From NCBI GenBank assembly GCA_001263235.1, contig LGRD01000018.1:210917-274916 (forward strand): a stretch of DNA of 64,000 bases. The letters are read 5' to 3'. The translations under genes and the position numbers were made by a program. The notes beneath the pieces are model-generated. The model did not search any database, was not told where the DNA came from, and saw only the letters and a list, made by a program, of their open reading frames with translations. Source of the DNA: Methylibium sp. NZG (GTDB taxonomy: Bacteria; Pseudomonadota; Gammaproteobacteria; Burkholderiales; Burkholderiaceae_C). Below are positions 1 to 13,387 of this stretch, piece by piece. Every line of letters begins with the position of its first letter. The first letter of the stretch is position 1.

Positions 1-1178
1 ACGACGATGCCGCCGATCAACACACCCAAGACAACGATGATGAACGGCTCCATCAGCGTGGACAGGCCCTTGACGGCTTCATCGACCTCGTCTTCATAAA
101 ACTCTGCGGCCTTGCCCAGCATTTGGTCGAGCGAGCCCGACTCTTCGCCGATGGCGCACATCTGCACCACCATCACCGGGAAGACGCCGGTGGTCTGCAT
201 CGAGGTGGTCAGCGCCGAGCCAGTGGACACGTCCTTCTGGATCTGCTCGGTCGCTTCCTGGTAAACGGCGTTGCCCGACGCACCGCCGACCGAGTCGAGC
301 GCCTCGACCAGCGGGACGCCGGCAGCGAACATGGTGGACAGGGTGCGAGTCCAGCGAGCGATCGACGACTTGCGGACCAACTCGCCGAAAACCGGCACGC
401 GCAGCAGCAGCCGGTCCATCGTCTTTTGCATCTTCACCGATCGCTTCCACGACTCGAAGAAGACATAGGCGCCGCCGAAGATCACCAGGAAGATGAGGTA
501 CCAGTAGGTGACGAAGAATTCCGACATCGCGATCACGATGAGCGTGGGCGCAGGAAGGTCGGCACCGAAGGACGAGAACACTTCCTTGAAGGCCGGGATC
601 ACGAAGATCATGATCACCGCCAGCACCACAAACGCGACGACCAGCACCGCCACCGGGTAGATCATGGCGGAACGGATCTTGTTCTTGATCGCCATCGTCT
701 TTTCCTGGTAGACCGCCAGGCGGTCGAGCAGGGCTTCAAGAATGCCGCCTGCCTCGCCGGCCTCGACCAGGTTGCAATAGAGCGCGTCGAAGTACAGAGG
801 ATGCTTGCGGAACGCCGACGAGAGGCTGGTACCCGTCTCGACGTCTGAGCGGATGTCGTTGAGCATGCGCGTCATGCGCGGGTTGGAGCTGCCGCGGGCG
901 ACGATATCGAACGACTGGATCAACGGCACGCCGGCACGCATCATCGTGGCCAGCTGGCGCGTGAAGACGGCGATGTCCTTCTGCTTGATCGCCTTGCCAC
1001 CGCTCAGGCGGCGCTTTTTGACCTTGGTAACGAGGATGCCCTGGCGGCGCAGGCTGGCATTGAGCATGGCTTCGCCACCGGCGCGCATCTCACCGCGAAC
1101 GAGCTTGCCGTTCTTGTCTTTGCCCTCCCAATCGAAGAGCATGTCCCTGGGGGTCTTCGCGGCTGCTGCAGTCGCCAT
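1..1178 (-). CDS. pilC: Type IV pilus platform protein PilC (GspF family), C-terminal end cut by window edge
   Basis: Absent from the ORF track because it runs off base 1. My reverse-complement translation from ATG 1178..1176 reads MATAAAAKTPRDMLFDWEGKDKNGKLVRGEM...VFTRQLATMMRAGVPLIQSFDIV...MCAIGEESGSLDQMLGKAAEFYEDEVDEAVKGLSTLMEPFIIVVLGVLIGGIV, with no stop. It lies directly downstream of pilB on the same strand. Confidence 0.9.
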   Translation of the reverse strand, partial: MATAAAAKTPRDMLFDWEGKDKNGKLVRGEMRAGGEAMLNASLRRQGILVTKVKKRRLSGGKAIKQKDIAVFTRQLATMMRAGVPLIQSFDIVARGSSNPRMTRMLNDIRSDVETGTSLSSAFRKHPLYFDALYCNLVEAGEAGGILEALLDRLAVYQEKTMAIKNKIRSAMIYPVAVLVVAFVVLAVIMIFVIPAFKEVFSSFGADLPAPTLIVIAMSEFFVTYWYLIFLVIFGGAYVFFESWKRSVKMQKTMDRLLLRVPVFGELVRKSSIARWTRTLSTMFAAGVPLVEALDSVGGASGNAVYQEATEQIQKDVSTGSALTTSMQTTGVFPVMVVQMCAIGEESGSLDQMLGKAAEFYEDEVDEAVKGLSTLMEPFIIVVLGVLIGGIV

Positions 1179-1224
1179 AGTGCCTTTCGAGGACGCTGAT
1201 CCTCGTCCCTGTGATTGTTACGGG

Positions 1225-2943
1225 CTATTCGTTGGTCACCGAGATCACTTCTTCGAGTGTGGTGACGCCGGCCCGGACCTTGACCAGACCGGACTGGCGA
1301 AGGTCGCGAACGCCCTCTCGCTGTGCCTGCTCGGCGATGTCGATCACGCTGCCTTCGGCGAGGATGATGCGCTGCGTCTCTTCGGTGATCGGCATGACCT
1401 GGTAGATGCCGACGCGGCCTTTGTAGCCGTTGCTGCACGACGAGCAGCCGACCGAGCGGTACGGCTTCCAGCTTCCGTCGAGGTCGTCGTCCTTGAAGCC
1501 TGCCTTGAGCATCGCTTCACGGGGATAGTCGGCCGGCGTCTTGCAGTTTTCGCACAGCTTTCGGGCCAGACGCTGCGCCGTGATCAGCAACACGCTGGAG
1601 GCGATATTGAACGGCGCCACGCCCATGTTCAGCAAGCGGGTCAGCGTCGACGGCGCATCGTTGGTGTGCAGCGTGGACATGACCATGTGGCCGGTCTGGG
1701 CCGCCTTGATGGCGATGTCGGCGGTCTCCAGGTCGCGGATCTCGCCGACCATGATGATGTCCGGATCCTGGCGCAGGAAGGACTTCAACGCGACCGCGAA
1801 CGTCATGCCCGCTTTCTCGTTCACGTTGACCTGGTTGATGCCGGGCAGGTTGATTTCAGCCGGGTCTTCGACCGTGGCGATGTTCACCCCGGGCTGGTTC
1901 AGGATGTTCAAACAGGTGTAGAGCGAGACGGTCTTGCCGCTGCCGGTCGGGCCGGTCACCAGCACCATGCCGTAGGGCCGGTAGATGACCTTGAGCAGGC
2001 GATCCTTCTCGATCTTTTCGTAGCCCAGCGCCTCGATGCCGAGCTTGGCGCTCGATGGGTCCAGGATGCGCACAACGATCTTCTCGCCGAACAGCGTGGG
2101 CAGGGTGCTGACGCGAAAGTCGATCGCCTTGGCGCCAAATTTGAGCTTCATGCGGCCGTCTTGCGGCACGCGCTTCTCGGCGATGTCCAGCCTCGAGATT
2201 ACCTTGATGCGCGACGACAGCTTGTCCTTGATGGCGATCGGCGGTTGCGTGATTTCGCGCAACTCGCCGTCGATCCGGAAGCGAACGCGGTAGTGGTACT
2301 CGTAGGGTTCGAAGTGCAGGTCAGACGCGCGCGCGTTGATGGCGTCGATCAGCATCTTCTGCAGGAAACGCACCACCGGTGCGTCTTCGACGTCCTGCCC
2401 AGAGTCGGGCGTTTCCTGCGGCGACGTGACGTCGTCCGTGACGTCGAACTCGAAGTCGCCGGAGGCCATCGACTCGATCGCCTCGGCAGCGCTTGCCCCG
2501 GTGTTCTCAAGGATGCGCGCGAGCTTTTCGTGCTCGACGATCACCCATTCGGGCGCCAATTGCGTCGCAAATTTGATGCGCTCGACGGCTTCTTGGTCGG
2601 TCGGATCGGCTCCGCCGATGAAGACTCGGTTGCCGCGCTTGCCGAGCACCAGCACCTGATACTGAGCCGACAACTTCGCGTCGATGATGTTGCGCGGCAG
2701 CCGTTGAACGTCCACCGCGTTCAAATCGAGCACGGGCAGCGCCAAGGCGTTCGACAGCGTGTGGGCCAGGTCAGAAGGCGACACGGCACCGGCCGTGATC
2801 ACCGCGGAGATAAAGCTGACGCGCCGCTCCTTGGCTCCGCGCACCAGATCTTCCGCAGCCTTGGCCCCCAACTTTCCGGCATGAACCAGAACCCTCGCCA
2901 CGCCGGAGAGGGCCGATTGTGGAGCTTCCGCAAGTGTGTCCAC
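1225..2943 (-). CDS. pilB: Type IV pilus assembly ATPase PilB (GspE family)
   Basis: 572-aa ORF with Walker A GPTGSGKT and a GspE core (VGEIRDLETA, STLHTNDAP). C-terminal Cys cluster CENCK...CSSCSNGYKGR. Confidence 0.95.
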   Translation of the reverse strand: MDTLAEAPQSALSGVARVLVHAGKLGAKAAEDLVRGAKERRVSFISAVITAGAVSPSDLAHTLSNALALPVLDLNAVDVQRLPRNIIDAKLSAQYQVLVLGKRGNRVFIGGADPTDQEAVERIKFATQLAPEWVIVEHEKLARILENTGASAAEAIESMASGDFEFDVTDDVTSPQETPDSGQDVEDAPVVRFLQKMLIDAINARASDLHFEPYEYHYRVRFRIDGELREITQPPIAIKDKLSSRIKVISRLDIAEKRVPQDGRMKLKFGAKAIDFRVSTLPTLFGEKIVVRILDPSSAKLGIEALGYEKIEKDRLLKVIYRPYGMVLVTGPTGSGKTVSLYTCLNILNQPGVNIATVEDPAEINLPGINQVNVNEKAGMTFAVALKSFLRQDPDIIMVGEIRDLETADIAIKAAQTGHMVMSTLHTNDAPSTLTRLLNMGVAPFNIASSVLLITAQRLARKLCENCKTPADYPREAMLKAGFKDDDLDGSWKPYRSVGCSSCSNGYKGRVGIYQVMPITEETQRIILAEGSVIDIAEQAQREGVRDLRQSGLVKVRAGVTTLEEVISVTNE

Positions 2944-3112
2944 GTTTCGAGGATTCAGTTCAAGTTGAGAAAAACCGGACCATCATCGCCGATTCATTCC
3001 GCGCTGTAAACGATCGCGCCGGACCCGCGCCGCCAACAATTCACGTGCAGCCCGCGGCGCCCGCAACGGGCGTGCCAGCAGCATCTGTCGCGGAAACAAA
3101 CTGAAGCAATTA

Positions 3113-3189
3113 TGGTCGGGGTGAGAGGATTCGAACCTCCGGCCTCTACGTCCCGAACGTAGCGCTCTACCAGGCTAAGCTACACCCCG
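3113..3189 (-). tRNA. tRNA-Pro (anticodon CGG)
   Basis: 77-nt cloverleaf on the minus strand. Acceptor stem CGGGGTG/CACCCCG, anticodon loop TTCGGGA, T-arm GGTTCGAATCC, encoded CCA. Confidence 0.93.
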
Positions 3190-3236
3190 ATGCCGAACCG
3201 GGGCCGAGGGCCTGGTCCTTGATTGGCCCGGCCGAC

Positions 3237-4271
3237 TCACGAAGAACGCTCGACCGACCGGACACACAATTCTAGCAGAGCAACTCTGTGGGCCGATGGT
3301 CGCAACAGGTCCAGGCATCGACTCGCCTTGTCCGCCTCGGCGCGGGCGGCGGCGCGCGTCGCTTCAAGTGCGCCGGTGTCACGCACGATCTGCACGATCT
3401 CCGACAAGCGGGCAACCTCGCCGTGCTGGATCGCATGGCGAATCACGTCGCGCTGCGCTGCTGTCCCGCGCTCCATGGCCAGCAGCAGCGGCAAGGTGGG
3501 CTTGCCTTCTCGAAGATCGTCTCCAACGTTCTTGCCGAGTTGTGCAGTCGCACCTTCGTAGTCGAGCAGATCGTCGACCAATTGAAACGCGGTGCCGAGC
3601 GAACGACCGTATGCGGCGCTGGACTCTTCGAGCTCGGGCGCAGAGTCGGCCAGCACCGCGCCGAGTCGGGCGCTGGCCTCGAACAGCTTGGCAGTCTTGA
3701 AGCGGATCACGCGAAGGTAGTCGTCAACTGGGAGGTCGGGGTCGTGCATGTTCATCAATTGCAGCACCTCGCCCTCGGCGATCACGTTGGTCGCATCGGC
3801 GAGCACCTCGAGCACACGCATGCTGTTCACCGACACCATCATTTGAAAGGCGCGCGAGTAAACGAAGTCGCCAACCAGCACGCTCGCTGCATTGCCGAAA
3901 CGCGCATTCGCAGTCTGTCGCCCGCGGCGGAGGGCAGACTCGTCCACCACGTCGTCGTGCAGCAAGGTGGCGGTGTGGATGAACTCGACGGTGGCGGCCA
4001 ACTCGTAGCGTTCGCGCCCGCTGAATCCCAGCGCGCTCGAGAACAACAGCACCAGCATGGGCCGGATGCGCTTGCCACCCGCGCCGATGATGTAGTGCGC
4101 GATCTGGTTGATCATCGCCACGTCGGAGGTCAACCTGCGCTGAATCACGGCATCCACTTCGCGCATGTCGGGTGCCATCAACTCGACTGCGCTGGAGACG
4201 ACGGCTGCGGATGTCGTGGGTGAAGTGTGCACGCTGGTCTCGGTTGGCTGAGCGGGATTATAGAAACCCAC
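3237..4271 (-). CDS. ispB: Octaprenyl/polyprenyl diphosphate synthase
   Basis: 344-aa ORF with both Asp-rich motifs ([10 protein letters not shown] and [10 protein letters not shown]). The start could be a downstream Met. Confidence 0.9.
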   Translation of the reverse strand: MGFYNPAQPTETSVHTSPTTSAAVVSSAVELMAPDMREVDAVIQRRLTSDVAMINQIAHYIIGAGGKRIRPMLVLLFSSALGFSGRERYELAATVEFIHTATLLHDDVVDESALRRGRQTANARFGNAASVLVGDFVYSRAFQMMVSVNSMRVLEVLADATNVIAEGEVLQLMNMHDPDLPVDDYLRVIRFKTAKLFEASARLGAVLADSAPELEESSAAYGRSLGTAFQLVDDLLDYEGATAQLGKNVGDDLREGKPTLPLLLAMERGTAAQRDVIRHAIQHGEVARLSEIVQIVRDTGALEATRAAARAEADKASRCLDLLRPSAHRVALLELCVRSVERSS

Positions 4272-4437
4272 TGCTTTGCGAGGCCGGCTGCGCGCCGATC
4301 CACAGCGTCACACATGGCTGCTGATCGCCGCACCACCAACTGCCCCAGGCGTGGTAGACTGCGCGGCTGTGCGAAATCTGGCGAGCGATCCGGCGAAGTT
4401 CTGGAAGACGGCCGGGCGCTTCATCGAAAGGGCTGAT

Positions 4438-4749
4438 ATGTACGCGGTCATAAAAACCGGCGGCAAGCAATACAAAGTTGCTGCGGGCGAAAAGATCAAG
4501 GTAGAACAGATTGCTGCGGACGTGGGCCAGGAGATCACGATTGACCAGGTTCTGGCCATTGGTGCCGGTGCCGAGCTGAAAGTCGGGACTCCGTTGGTCA
4601 GCGGTGCCAGTGTGGTGGCCACGGTGGTGGCGCAAGGCAAGCACGACAAGGTGCGCATCTTCAAAATGCGCAGGCGCAAGCACTACCAGAAGCGGCAAGG
4701 CCACCGTCAGACCTTCACCGAGCTGGAAATCAGCGCCGTCAACGCCTAA
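4438..4749 (+). CDS. rplU: 50S ribosomal protein L21
   Basis: [23 protein letters not shown]... Trimmed from ORF 4276..4749 to the internal ATG at 4438. Followed by rpmA. Confidence 0.95.
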   Translation: MYAVIKTGGKQYKVAAGEKIKVEQIAADVGQEITIDQVLAIGAGAELKVGTPLVSGASVVATVVAQGKHDKVRIFKMRRRKHYQKRQGHRQTFTELEISAVNA

Positions 4750-4773
4750 GTCCGTTCAAACCAGGAGGCCACC

Positions 4774-5031
4774 ATGGCACAGAAAAAAGGCGGCGGCTCA
4801 ACTCGCAACGGCCGCGATTCGCAACCGAAGATGCTTGGCGTCAAAGCGTTCGGCGGCCAAAGCATTCCTGCAGGCTCGATCATCGTGCGCCAACGCGGCA
4901 CCAAGTTCCACGCTGGCACCAATGTCGGCATCGGACGGGATCACACGCTGTTCGCGCTTGTAGACGGCGAGGTGAGCTTCGCCGTCAAGGGCCCGCGCAA
5001 CCGCCAGACGGTCAGCGTCAAGTCGGCTTGA
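4774..5031 (+). CDS. rpmA: 50S ribosomal protein L27
   Basis: [28 protein letters not shown]..., 85 aa. Confidence 0.96.
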   Translation: MAQKKGGGSTRNGRDSQPKMLGVKAFGGQSIPAGSIIVRQRGTKFHAGTNVGIGRDHTLFALVDGEVSFAVKGPRNRQTVSVKSA

Positions 5032-7373
<2,342 letters not shown>

Positions 7374-7394
7374 ACCCGCAGAACGGCGGCGCGC

Positions 7395-8051
7395 TCAGTG
7401 GCCCTCAGCGAGCGGGTCGTCTTTGGCAGCGCCGCCGGCACCGCTCAGTTTGTCCTGGCTGCTCTGGTAGCCGTTCCGTTGATCACCGGCTGCGTCACGC
7501 GCGTGGTGGTGCCGCTCGTAGCCATCGTCCTGATGATGCGGCCGCATGCCGGAGCGCAGATAGCGGTTGTAGTGCGTACCGCGGGGCAGAAAGCGCGCCA
7601 GCTCGGTCAGCGCCATTTGGTAGACATCGCGCTTGAACTCGATCACGACGTCGAGCGGGATCCAGTACTCGTTCCAGCGCCAGGCGTCGAACTCGGGGTG
7701 GTCGGTGGCACGCAGGTTCATATCGCTGTCGTGGCCGATCAGTTGCAGCAGGAACCAGATCTGCTTCTGGCCGCGATAGTGGCCGCGCGCGTCGCGACGA
7801 ATGAAGTGATCGGGCACCTCGTAGCGCAGCCAGTCGCGCGTGCGCGCGACGATGCGAACATGTTCGGCCTTGAGTCCCACTTCCTCGTGGAGTTCGCGGA
7901 ACATCGCCTGCTCGGGCGTCTCGCCATACTTGATGCCCCCTTGCGGGAACTGCCAGGAGTGGGTGCGTATCCTTTTGCCCCAGAACACCTGGTTTCGCTG
8001 GTTGAGCAGGACGATGCCGACGTTGGGTCTGAACCCTTCACGGTCGAGCAT
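7395..8051 (-). CDS. rppH: RNA pyrophosphohydrolase (Nudix)
   Basis: Nudix box [23 protein letters not shown]. Trimmed from ORF 7395..8312 to [12 protein letters not shown] at 8051. The C-terminal tail is His/Asp/Gly-rich. Confidence 0.9.
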   Translation of the reverse strand: MLDREGFRPNVGIVLLNQRNQVFWGKRIRTHSWQFPQGGIKYGETPEQAMFRELHEEVGLKAEHVRIVARTRDWLRYEVPDHFIRRDARGHYRGQKQIWFLLQLIGHDSDMNLRATDHPEFDAWRWNEYWIPLDVVIEFKRDVYQMALTELARFLPRGTHYNRYLRSGMRPHHQDDGYERHHHARDAAGDQRNGYQSSQDKLSGAGGAAKDDPLAEGH

Positions 8052-8196
8052 AATCAACCTCAATTCTCTCGTTGAATTCATTATTGCACCGGCGTGACAG
8101 GAAGCAACCCCCTTGCTTTGACCCGGTCGCCAGCCCGGTTGCAAACCGCGCCGGATTCGCCTTACTCGCCCGAGCCCCAGCCCGAACCGCGCCCCC

Positions 8197-9942
8197 ATGA
8201 AAGCCACCCAGTTCTTCATCTCCACCCAAAAGGAAGCGCCCGCAGACGCCGAGGTCACCAGCCACAAGCTCATGATGCGCGCCGGCTTCATCAAGCGGCT
8301 CGGCGCTGGCATCTACAGCTACATGCCGATGGGCCTGCGCGTGATCCGCAAGGTCGAGGGCATCATTCGTGACGAGATGAACCGCGCCGGCGCCGTCGAA
8401 CTGCTGATGCCGGTCGTGCAGCCGGCCGAGCTGTGGCAGGAGTCGGGGCGCTTTCAGAAGTACGGCCCCGAGCTGCTGCGCGTGAAGGACCGGCATGAGC
8501 GCGACTTCGTCATCCAGCCCACGAGCGAAGAGGTGATCACCGACATCGCACGCCAGGAGTTGCGCAGTTACCGCGCGCTGCCGAAGAATTTTTACCACAT
8601 ACAAACCAAGTTCCGTGACGAGCGCCGGCCCCGCTTCGGCGTGATGCGCGGGCGCGAGTTCACGATGAAGGACGCGTACTCCTTCGACCGAGACGTGGCC
8701 TCGGCCGGCAAAAGCTACGAGACGATGTTCGCGGCCTACGTGCGCATTTTCGAGCGCATGGGATTGACCTTCCGCGCGGTGGCGGCTGACACGGGCGCGA
8801 TCGGTGGCGACCGGTCTCACGAGTTCCAGGTCATCGCCGACACCGGCGAAGACGCGATCGTCTATTGCCCCGACTCCGACTTCGCGGCCAACATCGAACT
8901 GGCCGAAGCGCTGCCACTGCTGAAGTCGCGCGCCGATCCGGCGAAGGCGATGGCCAAGACCGCCACGCCGGCCAAGAGCACCTGCGAAGCCGTGGCCGAC
9001 CTGCTCGGCGTGCCCTTGCAGCGCACCGTCAAGTCGCTCGTGCTGGCGACCGACGAACTCGAGGCCGATGGCCGCATCAAGAAGTCGACCGTATGGCTGC
9101 TGCTGGTGCGCGGCGACCATTCGCTCAACGAGATCAAGGCTGGCAAGCTGCCCGGGTTGAAAGACGGCTTTCGCTTCGCGACGGCCGCCGAGATCGACTC
9201 ACACTTCGGCTGCAAGCCCGGCTACCTTGGGCCGATCGGCACGCGCCAGCCTGTCAAGATCGTTGCCGACCGAACGGTCGCGCTGATGAGCGACTTCATC
9301 TGCGGCGCCAACGAGGCCGACTTCCACTTCACCGGCGTCAACTGGGGCCGCGACCTGCCCGAGCCCGATCTTGTGGCCGACATCCGCAACGTTGTCGAGG
9401 GCGATCCCTCGCCCGACGGCAAAGGAGCGCTGGCGATCCAGCGTGGCATCGAGGTCGGCCATGTGTTCTACCTTGGCACCAAGTACAGCGAGGCGATGAA
9501 CGCCACCTTCCTGAACGAGAACGGCAAGCCGACGCTGCTCGAGATGGGCTGCTACGGCATCGGCGTCACGCGGCTGCTGGGCGCGGCCATCGAGCAGTGC
9601 CATGACGAGCGCGGCATCGTCTGGCCGCAAGCGCTGGCGCCGTTCGCGGTGGTGCTTTGCCCGATCGGCTACGACCGCTCGGCCGATGTGCAGGCGGCGG
9701 CCGACAAGTTGCACGACGAATTGGTCGCGCAGGGCGTCGACGTGATGCTCGACAACCGCGGCGAACGCCCCGGTGCGATGTTTGCCGACTGGGAGCTGAT
9801 CGGCGTGCCGCACCGCGTGGTGTTGTCGGATCGTGGCCTTAAGGAAGGCAAGGTCGAGTACCAAGGCCGCCGCGACGCCGAAGCGACGACGGTGCCGCTG
9901 GCCGAGGTGCTGCCCTTCCTGCAGGCTCGGCTGAACCCATGA
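8197..9942 (+). CDS. proS: Prolyl-tRNA synthetase (bacterial type with insertion domain)
   Basis: 581 aa, [44 protein letters not shown]. Class II motifs are present. Confidence 0.96.
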   Translation: MKATQFFISTQKEAPADAEVTSHKLMMRAGFIKRLGAGIYSYMPMGLRVIRKVEGIIRDEMNRAGAVELLMPVVQPAELWQESGRFQKYGPELLRVKDRHERDFVIQPTSEEVITDIARQELRSYRALPKNFYHIQTKFRDERRPRFGVMRGREFTMKDAYSFDRDVASAGKSYETMFAAYVRIFERMGLTFRAVAADTGAIGGDRSHEFQVIADTGEDAIVYCPDSDFAANIELAEALPLLKSRADPAKAMAKTATPAKSTCEAVADLLGVPLQRTVKSLVLATDELEADGRIKKSTVWLLLVRGDHSLNEIKAGKLPGLKDGFRFATAAEIDSHFGCKPGYLGPIGTRQPVKIVADRTVALMSDFICGANEADFHFTGVNWGRDLPEPDLVADIRNVVEGDPSPDGKGALAIQRGIEVGHVFYLGTKYSEAMNATFLNENGKPTLLEMGCYGIGVTRLLGAAIEQCHDERGIVWPQALAPFAVVLCPIGYDRSADVQAAADKLHDELVAQGVDVMLDNRGERPGAMFADWELIGVPHRVVLSDRGLKEGKVEYQGRRDAEATTVPLAEVLPFLQARLNP

Positions 9943-10628
9943 GTGAGGTGCTCTCCCACTCTGGGGGAGTGAAGCGTCGCCTGTGCCTGTCGGCACTGCT
10001 CGGGCAGACGGTGCTCGGTCCTGCCATGCTGGGTCCGGCGGTGATCGGCCCGGCACTGCTGGGTGTGCCGCGCGTTGCCAGCGCCGGCGCGCAGGTCGAA
10101 GAGCCACTGGCCGACTCGGTGCGCACTGTGCTGTCGTCGGCCATCGCCAACAGCGCGCCGCCGAAGCCTGTGTTCGAAACGACCGAGCAGCGCCTGCTCT
10201 ACCTTCGCTGGCTCGGCGAAATGAGCACGCGCCTGAAGAAGCGCAAGGCCGAGAACCTGACGCGGGTCGAGTTTCTGGAGACCGTCTGGTACGAAAGCAA
10301 GCGCGCCGGCCTGGAGCCCTCGCTGGTGCTGGGCTTGATCCAGGTGGAAAGCGGCTTTCGCAAGTACGCCATCAGCAGCGTGGGCGCGCGCGGCTACATG
10401 CAGGTCATGCCGTTCTGGGCCCGGCTGATCGGCGATGGCGACGTGAGCCGGCTGTTCCACATGCAGACCAACCTGCGTTTCGGCTGTGTGATCCTGCGCC
10501 ACTACCTGAGCATGGAAAAGGGCGACCTGTTCTTGGGCCTGGGCCGCTACAACGGCAGCCGGGGCCGCGCCGAGTATCCGAACGCGGTGTTCGCCTCGCG
10601 GCGGCAGTGGGAGTTCAAGCCGGCCTGA
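9939..10628 (+). CDS. Lytic transglycosylase (SLT domain) with N-terminal signal/anchor
   Basis: Catalytic motif GLIQVESGF...GYMQVMP. The ATG overlaps the proS stop. Confidence 0.85.
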   Translation: MSEVLSHSGGVKRRLCLSALLGQTVLGPAMLGPAVIGPALLGVPRVASAGAQVEEPLADSVRTVLSSAIANSAPPKPVFETTEQRLLYLRWLGEMSTRLKKRKAENLTRVEFLETVWYESKRAGLEPSLVLGLIQVESGFRKYAISSVGARGYMQVMPFWARLIGDGDVSRLFHMQTNLRFGCVILRHYLSMEKGDLFLGLGRYNGSRGRAEYPNAVFASRRQWEFKPA

Positions 10629-10664
10629 AAGCGCAGCCGCGCCAGCGCTTGGCTCGGTACCCGC

Positions 10665-11237
10665 TCAGAGACCGGCCCACGACTTGGGCGCCGCCTGCGC
10701 CACATCCAGCAGTGCCAACACGCGCTCCACCGTGTCGTCGACGAGCTCGTCAATCGACTGCGGCCGGTGGTAGAACGCCGGCAAGGGCGGGTAGATCACG
10801 CCGCCCATTTCGGTCACCGATGTCATGTTGCGCAGGTGGGCCAGATTGAACGGCGTCTCGCGCACCATCAGCACCAGGCGGCGGCGCTCCTTCAGGGTCA
10901 CGTCGGCGGCACGGCTGATGAGGTTGTCCGACAGGCCCAGCGCCACCGACGCGAGTGTCTTCATCGAACACGGTGCGATCACCATCGCCTCGGTGGCAAA
11001 GGAGCCGCTGGCGATGCTGGCGCCCACGTCGGCCGGGCTGTGGGCCACGTCGGCCAGCGCTTCGAAGGCCTTGCGGTCCAACCCCAGCTCATGGTGCACG
11101 TTCAGCACACCGGCGGGGCTCACGACCACGTGCGTCTCGCGCCCCGCCGCTCGCAGCCGATCGAGCAGGCGCACGGCATACACCGCGCCGGTGGCGCCGG
11201 TCACGCCGACCACCACTCGGGCGGGCGCAGCGCCCAA
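10665..11237 (-). CDS. ubiX: Flavin prenyltransferase UbiX
   Basis: VVVGVTGATGAVYAVRLL...APCSMKTLASVA...RETP. The upstream half of ORF 10665..11648 is just another frame of grxD. I therefore set the start at the in-frame TTG 11237; GTG 11216 is also possible. Confidence 0.85.
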   Translation of the reverse strand: MGAAPARVVVGVTGATGAVYAVRLLDRLRAAGRETHVVVSPAGVLNVHHELGLDRKAFEALADVAHSPADVGASIASGSFATEAMVIAPCSMKTLASVALGLSDNLISRAADVTLKERRRLVLMVRETPFNLAHLRNMTSVTEMGGVIYPPLPAFYHRPQSIDELVDDTVERVLALLDVAQAAPKSWAGL

Positions 11238-11242
11238 GCCGC

Positions 11243-11560
11243 TCAGACCTTGGCGCCGAGCGCCTGCTGCAGTTCGCCAGCCTCGTACATCTCGGTCATG
11301 ATGTCCGAGCCGCCGACGAACTCGCCGTTGACGTAGAGCTGCGGGATCGTCGGCCAGTTGGCGTATTCCTTGATGCCCTGGCGGATGTCGTCGTCCTCCA
11401 GCACATTGAAGGTCTTCAGATCGCCCACGCCGCAGGCCTTGAGGATCTGCACCGCGCGGCCGGAAAAGCCGCACTGCGGGAACTGCGCGGTGCCCTTCAT
11501 GAACAGGACCACACGGTGGTTCTTGACGAGGTCGTCGATGCGTTGCTGAGCGTTGTTCAT
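11243..11560 (-). CDS. grxD: Monothiol glutaredoxin (Grx4 family)
   Basis: 105 aa with the CGFS active site (FPQCGFSGR). Confidence 0.93.
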   Translation of the reverse strand: MNNAQQRIDDLVKNHRVVLFMKGTAQFPQCGFSGRAVQILKACGVGDLKTFNVLEDDDIRQGIKEYANWPTIPQLYVNGEFVGGSDIMTEMYEAGELQQALGAKV

Positions 11561-11676
11561 GGTGTTTTGCCGGTCGATGTGAAGCAGCCGTGGTTATACG
11601 GCAAAGCCACGCCGGCATAAAAGTGACGGTCGAAAAATCCCTCGGCAAGCAGGCCCTGTCTGGAGCCTCGCGCGTG

Positions 11677-12306
11677 TCAGAACGAGTACGACACGCCGAG
11701 CTGCAGGATGGGCGCCAGGCGCATGTCGCGCAGCAGGTCGTCGAGCGACTGGGCGCCGCCGACCACCTTGCCGAGCTTGACGCTGTGCCCCGGGCTCAGC
11801 GCCATCATGCCGAGGTCGGCGTTGAAGCTCCAGCGCCCCTTGAGCGACAGGCCCGAGTAGCCGACGCCGAGGTAGGGCAGCGTGGCAGAGTCGGCGTCGA
11901 GGGCCGACGCTTCGGTGCCGCTGGCCGGTTGGCGGTCGACCGCCCCGCCACCAATCAGCAACCGTCCGGCGTTGAGCGGCGTCAACTGTGCCCGAGGCGC
12001 ATGGAACAGACCGCCGGTGGTCCGGAAGCCGCCGCTGCTGCCGTGTCCGACCAGGGCGCGGCTGAAGTAGTAGTCGCCAATGAGCCCGAGGCGGTCCACT
12101 TTGAGCCCCGCCGCTTCCGCGCGGCCCAGGGCGGCCTGCCAGGGCAGCACCGTGTTGCCCAGCAAAACGCGCCCCTGCCAGCGCGACCAGGTCTGCCCGT
12201 CCGGGCTGGGGGTCAGCCCGTCGCCCTCCACACCCCACGCCGCGGCTGCGCCCAGCGCGCTCACCAAGCCGACGATTCCAGCGAGAAGTCGATTTGCCTG
12301 GCGCAT
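11677..12306 (-). CDS. Hypothetical outer-membrane beta-barrel protein
   Basis: Signal peptide MRQANRLLAGIVGLVSALGAAAAWG, alternating Gly/aromatic strands, and the C-terminal LGVSYSF signature. I recognised no specific family. Confidence 0.6.
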   Translation of the reverse strand: MRQANRLLAGIVGLVSALGAAAAWGVEGDGLTPSPDGQTWSRWQGRVLLGNTVLPWQAALGRAEAAGLKVDRLGLIGDYYFSRALVGHGSSGGFRTTGGLFHAPRAQLTPLNAGRLLIGGGAVDRQPASGTEASALDADSATLPYLGVGYSGLSLKGRWSFNADLGMMALSPGHSVKLGKVVGGAQSLDDLLRDMRLAPILQLGVSYSF

Positions 12307-12547
12307 GGCACGCTCCTTGGAAGGGGTGGATGACCGCAGTGTGCCGGCTCGTCCCTGCCGACGAGACGGGGCGACACGTCGAACTCATCGTACGCCGCGC
12401 GCAGGCGGCTGTGTGGAATGCACAGCGGCCACCCATCCCCTGGTTGGGGGAGGGTGCGCTGTTTGCCACGAAGCGCGGCGGTCCGGCCCCGACGGTGACG
12501 CATCTGCGCCACAGCCATGGCGGCGCCGACAAAGTGGAGTCACTGCA

Positions 12548-13387
12548 TCAACGGCGCGCACCAGTGCAGCGCGGCAGGCCGGCGAGGTCGACGCGCGTCT
12601 GCGCATCGCGCAAGCCATGCCGGCGCAGCAGCGCGTGAACGTCCTCGGCCTGGTCGTGGCCGTGCTCCAGCAGCAGCCAGCCGCCGCCCTCGAGGTGCCC
12701 CGCCGCCCCAGCGACGATCGCTTGCAATGCGGCCAGGCCGCCCGAACCGGCGGTCAAGGCCAACTGTGGCTCGTGCTGCAGCGCGGCCAGGTGAGGGTCG
12801 CCCGGCCGGATGTACGGTGGGTTGCTCAGCAACAGGTGAAAGTGCCGGCGGGCGACGGCCTCCCACCAGTGGCTGTGGTGAAACTCGACATGCAACCCCA
12901 GCCGCCCGGCGTTCGCCGCAGCAACGGCCAGCGCCTCGGCGCTCGCGTCCAACGCCGCGACCTGCGCTGACGGGTGCGCGTGCTTGACCGCCAGTGCGAT
13001 CGCGCCGCTGCCGGTGCCCAGGTCCAGCACGCGGGCGGGCGCTGCGTGGGCGAGTTCGCCGTTCAGCAGCTCCAGCGCCCAGTCCACCAGTCCTTCGGTT
13101 TCGGGGCGCGGCACCAGGACGTGGGCATTCACGGTCAGCGTCAAGCCGTGAAACTCTTTCTCGCCGACGAGGTAAGCCAGCGGCTCGCCTGCGGCCCGCC
13201 GGCCCGCGTGGGCGGTGAAGGCTGCCGCCGCCGACGGCGACAGCAGCGCGTCGTCATGGGCGAGCACCCAGGTGCGATCGCACCGAAGCGCGTGGGCGAG
13301 CAACAACTGCGCGTCGAGCCGCGCCACCCCCATCGCCTTGGCGTTTGCCAGTGCGGCAGCGACCGTCAAGCCACCCGGCCCAGTCAC
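12548..13387 (-). CDS. prmC: Release-factor glutamine N5-methyltransferase
   Basis: SAM motif [12 protein letters not shown] and NPPY (LLLSNPPYI). Overlaps the prfA stop by 4 nt. Confidence 0.92.
   Translation of the reverse strand: MTGPGGLTVAAALANAKAMGVARLDAQLLLAHALRCDRTWVLAHDDALLSPSAAAAFTAHAGRRAAGEPLAYLVGEKEFHGLTLTVNAHVLVPRPETEGLVDWALELLNGELAHAAPARVLDLGTGSGAIALAVKHAHPSAQVAALDASAEALAVAAANAGRLGLHVEFHHSHWWEAVARRHFHLLLSNPPYIRPGDPHLAALQHEPQLALTAGSGGLAALQAIVAGAAGHLEGGGWLLLEHGHDQAEDVHALLRRHGLRDAQTRVDLAGLPRCTGARR

Noticed and set aside
805-3009. 734-aa plus-strand ORF
   Set aside because: It is antisense to pilC and pilB and has shadow-ORF composition.
7395-8312. Full 305-aa ORF as the rppH product
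   Set aside because: The first 87 codons are low-complexity and extend into the proS promoter and 5' region. The conserved RppH N-terminus ([12 protein letters not shown]) begins at 8051.
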